IMG/VR virus record: IMGVR_UViG_2925914267_000007
Location: 1 to 42,657 of that record
Strand: one strand, 5' to 3'
From: a virus
Lineage: Duplodnaviria > Heunggongvirae > Uroviricota > Caudoviricetes
DNA length: 42,657 bases
The notes below the pieces were generated by a model. That model worked only from the letters and a program-made list of their open reading frames with translations, had not been told where the DNA came from and did no database searches. The stretch's first letter is position 1. Each line of letters starts with the position of its first letter. A program made the position numbers and the translations under genes. Shown here one piece after another: positions 37,081-42,657 of the stretch.

Positions 37081-37680
37081 GTATCTAAAAGAAACATGTC
37101 ACAGGCAAGATTAAACAAAATTTGGTTGTAACACGGCGTATGGCACATGCGTCGTTAGCGGTCTGGGGACGTTAAAGGGGACAATCCACTCCTTGCTCGA
37201 GCAGACAAACCAGGTAGCCGGAATGTGCAAGTCAATGAGGATGCTGATAAGACGCCTAACCAGCGTGGCGATTCGGTTTGACGCCTGGGAAGAGACCAGG
37301 GTGCAACGATGAGGGCATTTATGGAACCGCGACAAAGTGTGGTGCCGTAACTGGCTAAGTGCTCTCAGCGTTGTGGTAATCCGCGAAATGGCGCGGCGGT
37401 AAGTATGGCGGGGTTATTCCTTCCCCGTTGAGGACACCGGATTGTCAGGTTGACCATACACCTGAGTGACAACCCCACCACAACAGCCACTGCTTTGGCG
37501 GTACCAGTTTGTACACTTGCTTCCGGCTGGTACCGCTCTTTTTACAAAACAGAGAAGAGCATCACCGGACGACGGGCTCATAACCCAATCCATCCGGGCG
37601 GCTGCCACCGCAGGTGTTCTTCTCTGTTTTGTGGAGAAACCAACCGACCTTGCAGGGTCGATATGATGAGGAGCAGCAAA

Positions 37681-38043
37681 ATGGCTAGCGAACGCAGTAC
37701 TGATGTGCAGGCATTTATCGGGGAGCTGGACGGCGGCGTATTTGAAACCAAAATCGGCGCAGTTCTCAGTGAAGTCGCTTCCGGTGTGATGAACACGAAA
37801 ACCAAAGGGAAGGTCTCACTCAACCTGGAAATCGAACCATTTGATGAGAACCGTGTGAAAATCAAACACAAACTCTCATATGTTCGCCCGACTAACCGCG
37901 GGAAAATTTCCGAAGAAGACACCACCGAAACGCCGATGTATGTCAATCGCGGTGGTCGCCTGACTATTCTGCAGGAAGACCAGGGACAGTTACTGACTCT
38001 TGCCGGTGAACCTGACGGAAAACTCCGCGCAGCAGGTCATTAA
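37681..38043 (+). CDS. hypothetical early protein
   Basis: Start MASERSTD with SD GAGGAG; about 120 aa; upstream part of the 197-aa ORF judged to be leader. Confidence 0.45.
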   Translation: MASERSTDVQAFIGELDGGVFETKIGAVLSEVASGVMNTKTKGKVSLNLEIEPFDENRVKIKHKLSYVRPTNRGKISEEDTTETPMYVNRGGRLTILQEDQGQLLTLAGEPDGKLRAAGH

Positions 38044-38108
38044 TATCGTTCTTAATTAACTGATTATTTATCTCATCACTGAATATCTTAATATAGTGAG
38101 GACTTATT

Positions 38109-38933
38109 ATGTCTCAGAACTTAGACTCAACCGCAATTAATCAAATCCATGCCCTTATTTCTGCTCAGGGTGTTAATGAAATTATCAGTAAGATTGGTGC
38201 CGATGCTGTGGCATTGCCTGAGAATTTCCGCATTCATGATCTGGAAAAATTTAATTTAAATCGTTTCCGTTTCCGTGGTGCACTTTCCACTGCCAGCATC
38301 GATGACTTTACCCGTTATTCTAAAGATCTTGCAGATGAAGGCACCCGCTGCTTTATCGATGCCGATAATATGCGAGCCGTCAGTGTGCTTAACCTGGGTA
38401 CTATTGATGAACCAGGTCACGCAGATAACACCGCCACTCTCAAACTGAAAAAGACAGCACCGTTCTCTGCTCTGTTGTCTGTTAATGGCGAGCGTAACTC
38501 CCAGAAGTCACTGGCAGAATGGATTGAAGACTGGGCCGACTACCTTGTGGGCTTTGATGCTAATGGTGACGCCATTCAGGCAACCAAAGCGGCTGCGGCG
38601 ATCCGTAAAATCACAATTGAAGCGAACCAGGCCGCTGATTTTGAAGACAATGACTTCAGCGGCAAACGCTCCCTGATGGAGTCTGTCGAAGCGAAGACCA
38701 AAGACATTATGCCAGTGGCATTTGAATTTAAATGCGTTCCGTTTGAAGGTCTGAAAGAACGTCCGTTTAAATTACGCCTCAGCATTATCACTGGCGATCG
38801 TCCTGTACTGGTTCTGCGCATTATTCAGCTGGAAGCGGTGCAGGAAGAAATGGCTAACGAATTTCGTGATCTGCTTGTTGAGAAATTCAAGGACAGCAAA
38901 GTAGAAACCTTTATTGGTACTTTCACCGCCTGA
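38109..38933 (+). CDS. DUF2303-family early protein (YfdQ-like)
   Basis: 274 aa; gene order matches the yfdQ-yfdR-yfdS arrangement I recall from a K-12 cryptic prophage. Confidence 0.45.
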   Translation: MSQNLDSTAINQIHALISAQGVNEIISKIGADAVALPENFRIHDLEKFNLNRFRFRGALSTASIDDFTRYSKDLADEGTRCFIDADNMRAVSVLNLGTIDEPGHADNTATLKLKKTAPFSALLSVNGERNSQKSLAEWIEDWADYLVGFDANGDAIQATKAAAAIRKITIEANQAADFEDNDFSGKRSLMESVEAKTKDIMPVAFEFKCVPFEGLKERPFKLRLSIITGDRPVLVLRIIQLEAVQEEMANEFRDLLVEKFKDSKVETFIGTFTA

Positions 38934-39060
38934 TTTCATTACTGCAAATGCCCCTGCGGGGGCATTTATGGAAACGTAATTAACTCAATAATCACCGGAT
39001 GGTGAGGGATTCTTTTTAGCAGAATTCAGCGCGGTGCAGCGCATATACGTGGAGAACAAA

Positions 39061-39597
39061 ATGTCATTTATTAAAACTTTTTCCGGGAAGCATTTTTATT
39101 ATGACAGGATAAATAAAGACGACATCGATATTAACGATATCGCGGTTTCCCTTTCAAATATCTGTCGCTTTGCCGGTCATCTTTCGCACTTCTACAGCGT
39201 CGCCCAACATGCGGTTCTTTGCAGCCAGCTGGTGCCGCAGGAATTTGCTTTTGAAGCGTTAATGCATGATGCAACAGAAGCGTATTGCCCGGACATTCCC
39301 GCACCACTGAAACGCCTTCTTCCTGACTATAAACGGATGGAAGAAAAAATAGACGCCGTAATCCGTGAGAAATACGGGTTACCACCGGTTATGAGTACGC
39401 CCGTGAAATATGCCGATCTCATCATGCTGGCAACCGAACGCCGCGATCTCGGGCTTGATGATGGCTCTTTCTGGCCTGTACTGGAAGGTATCCCGGCAAC
39501 AGAGATGTTCAACGTGATTCCACTGGCTCCAGGCCATGCCTACGGGATGTTTATGGAACGCTTTAACGAATTATCGGAGTTACGCAAATGCGCATGA
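39061..39597 (+). CDS. HD-domain phosphohydrolase (YfdR-like 5'-deoxynucleotidase)
   Basis: Start MSFIKTF with RBS GGAGAA; H...HD-type residues (SHFYSVAQHAV, MHDATE). Confidence 0.5.
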   Translation: MSFIKTFSGKHFYYDRINKDDIDINDIAVSLSNICRFAGHLSHFYSVAQHAVLCSQLVPQEFAFEALMHDATEAYCPDIPAPLKRLLPDYKRMEEKIDAVIREKYGLPPVMSTPVKYADLIMLATERRDLGLDDGSFWPVLEGIPATEMFNVIPLAPGHAYGMFMERFNELSELRKCA

Positions 39598-39950
39598 ATG
39601 TTTTCGAAATGGAAGGATTTCTTCGCGGGAAATGTGTACCGCGAGATCTGAAAGTGAATGAAACGGATGCTGAATACCTGGTGCGTAAATTTAATGCGCT
39701 TGAAGCTAAATGTGCAGCACTGGAAAACAAAGTAATACCAGTGTCAGCTGAACTGCCGCCAGCGAATGAAAGTGTTCTGTTATTTGATGCTAATGGAGAA
39801 GGCTGGCTGATTGGCTGGCGTTCTCTCTGGTATACATGGGGGCAAAAAGAAACCGGAGAATGGCAGTGGACATTTCAGGTCGGGGACCTTGAAAACGTCA
39901 ACATCACTCACTGGGCAGTAATGCCAAAAGCACCGGAGGCTGGAGCATAA
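39588..39950 (+). CDS. DUF551-like early protein (YfdS-like)
   Basis: 120 aa; Trp-rich C-terminal GWLIGW...WQW pattern. Confidence 0.4.
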   Translation: MRMNVFEMEGFLRGKCVPRDLKVNETDAEYLVRKFNALEAKCAALENKVIPVSAELPPANESVLLFDANGEGWLIGWRSLWYTWGQKETGEWQWTFQVGDLENVNITHWAVMPKAPEAGA

Positions 39951-40759
39951 TGACCACATTTACCGATAAAGAACTGATTAAAGAAATCAAAGAACGAATC
40001 AGCAGCATGGACGTGCGAGACAATGTTGAGCGCCGTGCTTATGAAATTGCTCTGGCATCGCTGGAAGAGGATCCGGTGGCATGGCTGCATTCAGACAATG
40101 GCTTAGGTATTCCGGCAATAACCAGGAGTAAAAACATTGCTGACAGTTGGTTATCAAAGGGCTGTTATGTTCAGCCGCTATATATAGCCAAGCCAGTGCC
40201 GGTGGTGCCAGATGCTCGTCCGTCTTTAAATAATGGCATAGTCGGTTTTGATGAAGGCTGGAACGCCTGCCGCGCTGCCATGCTCTATGGTGCCGTACCT
40301 GCAAGCCAGGCTTACAAGTTGCCACAAACGCAGTTTAAACAGGTTGCTGACCTCTACGAAATGCAATTTGATGACGGTCGCACTTGTGCCTTTCACACTG
40401 ATGCGCAAAAGGCTGTGCAATGGCTTCAGGCGTGCGACGGAAACAGGGTTCAGGAATACGTTAAGCTGGAACGATTGCAGAACGCACTGTCTGGCAACTC
40501 TCCGGTAACTCCGGATGGTTGGGTTATGGTGCCGAAGAGACTAACAGCCGAGAACGGCGCTAAGGGGGCGCTATCCGGTGAATTTTCAGAAACTACGTTT
40601 ATAAGCTGCCTGGAATGCTTTGGCGATGATGATTGCGATACCTGTGACGGGAGCGGACGTATTGAAATTAAAGTGCCAGTCACGTGGTCGACCATAAAAT
40701 CTATCTGGGATAAAGGTATCGAGTATTTTGCAGCAAAACCATCACAAGAGGTGAAGTGA
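39950..40759 (+). CDS. hypothetical early protein with C-terminal Cys cluster
   Basis: 269 aa; CLECFGDDDCDTCDGSGR zinc-ribbon-like motif. Confidence 0.45.
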   Translation: MTTFTDKELIKEIKERISSMDVRDNVERRAYEIALASLEEDPVAWLHSDNGLGIPAITRSKNIADSWLSKGCYVQPLYIAKPVPVVPDARPSLNNGIVGFDEGWNACRAAMLYGAVPASQAYKLPQTQFKQVADLYEMQFDDGRTCAFHTDAQKAVQWLQACDGNRVQEYVKLERLQNALSGNSPVTPDGWVMVPKRLTAENGAKGALSGEFSETTFISCLECFGDDDCDTCDGSGRIEIKVPVTWSTIKSIWDKGIEYFAAKPSQEVK

Positions 40760-41331
40760 TGAACAACTTAATGATCGACCTTGAGACGATGGGGAAAAAT
40801 AAGGATGCACCGATCGTTTCCATTGGCGCGGTGTTCTTCACTCCAGAAACCGGAGACATCGGACAAGAATTCTATACGGTTGTTAGCCTGGACAGTGCTA
40901 TGAAGCAAGGAGCTACACCTGACGGCGATACCATCCTGTGGTGGTTGAAACAGAGCTCTGAAGCACGAGCTGCAATCTGTATTGATGATACTTTGTCGAT
41001 CAGCGATGCACTCTCTGAACTGAGCCATTTCATTAATCAGCATGCAGACAATACAAAATATTTAAAAGTCTGGGGTAACGGGGCCACCTTCGACAACGTA
41101 ATTTTACGTGGAGCTTACGAGCGAGCAGGACAAATCTGCCCGTGGGCGTACTGGAATGACCACGATGTACGCACGATCGTTACGCTTGGGCGTTCCATCG
41201 GATTCGACCCAAAAATGGACATGCCTTTCGATGGCGAACGGCACAACGCCCTGGCTGATGCCCGTCATCAGGCAAAATATGTTTCCGCTATCTGGCAGAA
41301 ACTAATTCCTGCCACCAGCACAGAATTATGA
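40759..41331 (+). CDS. DEDDh-family 3'-5' exonuclease
   Basis: MIDLETMG motif near the N-terminus and HNALADA near the C-terminus; ATG at 40759 (GTG at 40756 in the ORF track). Confidence 0.6.
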   Translation: MNNLMIDLETMGKNKDAPIVSIGAVFFTPETGDIGQEFYTVVSLDSAMKQGATPDGDTILWWLKQSSEARAAICIDDTLSISDALSELSHFINQHADNTKYLKVWGNGATFDNVILRGAYERAGQICPWAYWNDHDVRTIVTLGRSIGFDPKMDMPFDGERHNALADARHQAKYVSAIWQKLIPATSTEL

Positions 41332-41367
41332 TTTTCCCGGGTGCAGCCGGTTTTGATGGAGAAAATT

Positions 41368-41640
41368 ATGAACACCTTGTTTTTACTGATGGCTGAATTC
41401 AATACCCCAAACATTGAGCTGTCAGCTGTATGCCAAAAGTATTTCGGTATGAGCCCTAACACAGCAGAAGCGAAAGCAAATGCATGCCAATTGCCGATCC
41501 CGACTTATCGTGTTGGTACATCACAGAAAGCAAAGCGCTGCATCAACATTCAGGATCTTGCTGAATATATAGATAAACGGCGTGAAGAAGGCAGAATTGA
41601 ATGGGAGAGGGTAAGAACAAATAGGAAAATAAATAACTAA
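41368..41640 (+). CDS. PrtN-family small DNA-binding protein; candidate excisionase or activator
   Basis: Start MNTLFLLMAEF with SD GGAG; family assignment from memory. Confidence 0.4.
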   Translation: MNTLFLLMAEFNTPNIELSAVCQKYFGMSPNTAEAKANACQLPIPTYRVGTSQKAKRCINIQDLAEYIDKRREEGRIEWERVRTNRKINN

Positions 41641-41644
41641 TCTC

Positions 41645-41674
41645 ACAAAAAACCCGCTTCGGCGGGTTAGTTTT
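41645..41674. terminator. bidirectional intrinsic terminator between convergent genes
   Basis: AAAAAA then stem AACCCGC-ttcg-GCGGGTT then TTTT; overlaps the stop codon of the YafO-like gene. Confidence 0.6.
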
Positions 41675-42101
41675 CATCTTTATAATTCTGGGCAATTCGC
41701 GCCAGATAGCTCATCACATCATGTTTTCTTGCTTTTTCATGTGCATCGGGATACATAATAGCAATGAGTGAATATTTATTCTCATAAAGCTCACCTTGGA
41801 CATACACAAGACAAGCATCATTATCAGGATCACCTTTCTTGCAGACCCTATCCGGTTGTGGAAGTTTCTCGGGAAACTTGTTTGGCGGTAGACAAAGATG
41901 GATATGCATCAACCCAGCCCGAAAAGCACCATAGGGCTGAGTATACGCAACGTCCCTACCGAAATAATGCGGAAGCTCACCGGTTGCTTTGTATCTCTTG
42001 AAATCATCAATGATAGAAGACTCTAGCTCCGGGAATTTGAGAAAAACTTCATCAAAAAATTCAGCTCTAGTTTCTGGATTAATAGAGACTTCTAGATGCA
42101 T
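41667..42101 (-). CDS. YafO-family toxin-like protein
   Basis: 144 aa; HIHL...PFP...LVYVQGE...LIAIMYPDAHEKAR parallels YafO as recalled; AT-rich. Confidence 0.55.
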   Translation of the reverse strand: MHLEVSINPETRAEFFDEVFLKFPELESSIIDDFKRYKATGELPHYFGRDVAYTQPYGAFRAGLMHIHLCLPPNKFPEKLPQPDRVCKKGDPDNDACLVYVQGELYENKYSLIAIMYPDAHEKARKHDVMSYLARIAQNYKDEN

Positions 42102-42117
42102 GGTCGTCCGCTATCGG

Positions 42118-42657
42118 TTAGTGAAATTGCATCGATTTTAGCTTATTTGATGTGTGACTAGCTAGTGCTGCAATTCCAGCAAGATCCGCGCGCCCGCTAA
42201 ACGTAACAGTTTCTTTAAATATGCTCTTTATGTAATTGTTAAGGCGAGTGACAGATGAGCGAGCTTTAGCAATATGACGCCAGTAAACCTTCAGTTCTGA
42301 CCTGATAAATTCAGGCAGAGGCGATTCAATTGTACGCTTCACTTCTTCTTCAAAAGCACGCAGGAACATTTCGCATGCCTCTGTCGTATCTGTCCCGTTT
42401 TTGGAAACAAACTCGCGAGCATCTTGGCTATTAAGATCAATCAAACAGATATAGTAGTCATCTGCTGCAATTGTTAACTTTTGCAAGATCTCCTTACCCT
42501 CTTCCATTCTGCGTGAGAATTCCTCAACAGAAGGAGAGTACTCAAAAGGTTTAGCAATCACAGGGGCTGGCTGGATGATGAACTCCTGCGCCATAGCAGC
42601 AGGACAAGCCAGAGGCCCGCACAATGCAGCAAAAGTAATGGCGTTAAACGGATTCAT
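42118..42657 (-). CDS. AT-rich hypothetical protein with signal-peptide-like N-terminus, upstream partner of the YafO-like gene
   Basis: 179 aa; ATG is the last three bases of the window; ITFAALCGPLACPAAMA hydrophobic start; 16-bp spacer to the toxin-like gene. Confidence 0.5.
   Translation of the reverse strand: MNPFNAITFAALCGPLACPAAMAQEFIIQPAPVIAKPFEYSPSVEEFSRRMEEGKEILQKLTIAADDYYICLIDLNSQDAREFVSKNGTDTTEACEMFLRAFEEEVKRTIESPLPEFIRSELKVYWRHIAKARSSVTRLNNYIKSIFKETVTFSGRADLAGIAALASHTSNKLKSMQFH

Noticed and set aside
37081-37680. Retron-type ncRNA in the long leader
   Set aside because: No reverse transcriptase gene is adjacent, and the downstream genes are small early proteins.
37450-38043. 197-aa ORF starting at 37450
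   Set aside because: Its N-terminal part overlaps the structured leader and lacks an RBS; a start at 37681 with SD GAGGAG is better supported.
1-42657. CRISPR arrays, tRNA or rRNA genes, and the attR site
   Set aside because: No short regularly spaced direct repeats or tRNA-like structures were seen by eye, and no duplicated dusA 5' core was identified; this is a manual reading, so tRNAscan, CRT and a self dot-plot should confirm.

Overview
The window holds a chromosomal junction (pspG, dusA) followed by about 41 kb of a temperate prophage that runs to the right edge; all identifications are by eye from the ORF translations, with no database search. The prophage is integrated at the 5' end of dusA, with a tyrosine integrase divergent from dusA. 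Left to right: integrase, a DinI-like gene with two LexA boxes, an AT-rich orphan gene, a decayed Gin/Pin-type invertase with an invertible tail-fibre segment, a Mu-like contractile tail module, an HK97-like head and packaging module with HNH endonuclease, a lysis cassette, a Q-like antiterminator, an early region on the minus strand (an antirepressor-like gene split by an IS629-type element, RusA, a LexA DNA-binding-domain paralog, Dam-type methyltransferase, PerC-like protein, replication initiator with iterons, Rha, CII/YdaT-like, Cro-like), a CI-type repressor with three operator palindromes, then rightward early genes and a YafO-like toxin pair at the window edge. Several AT-rich single- or two-gene cassettes of unknown function sit at typical moron positions. 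The best candidates for an undescribed system are the two-gene cassette between Q and the holin, the zinc-ribbon orphan next to the integrase, and the YafO-like pair. No tRNA, rRNA or CRISPR array was seen, and attR was not found in the window.
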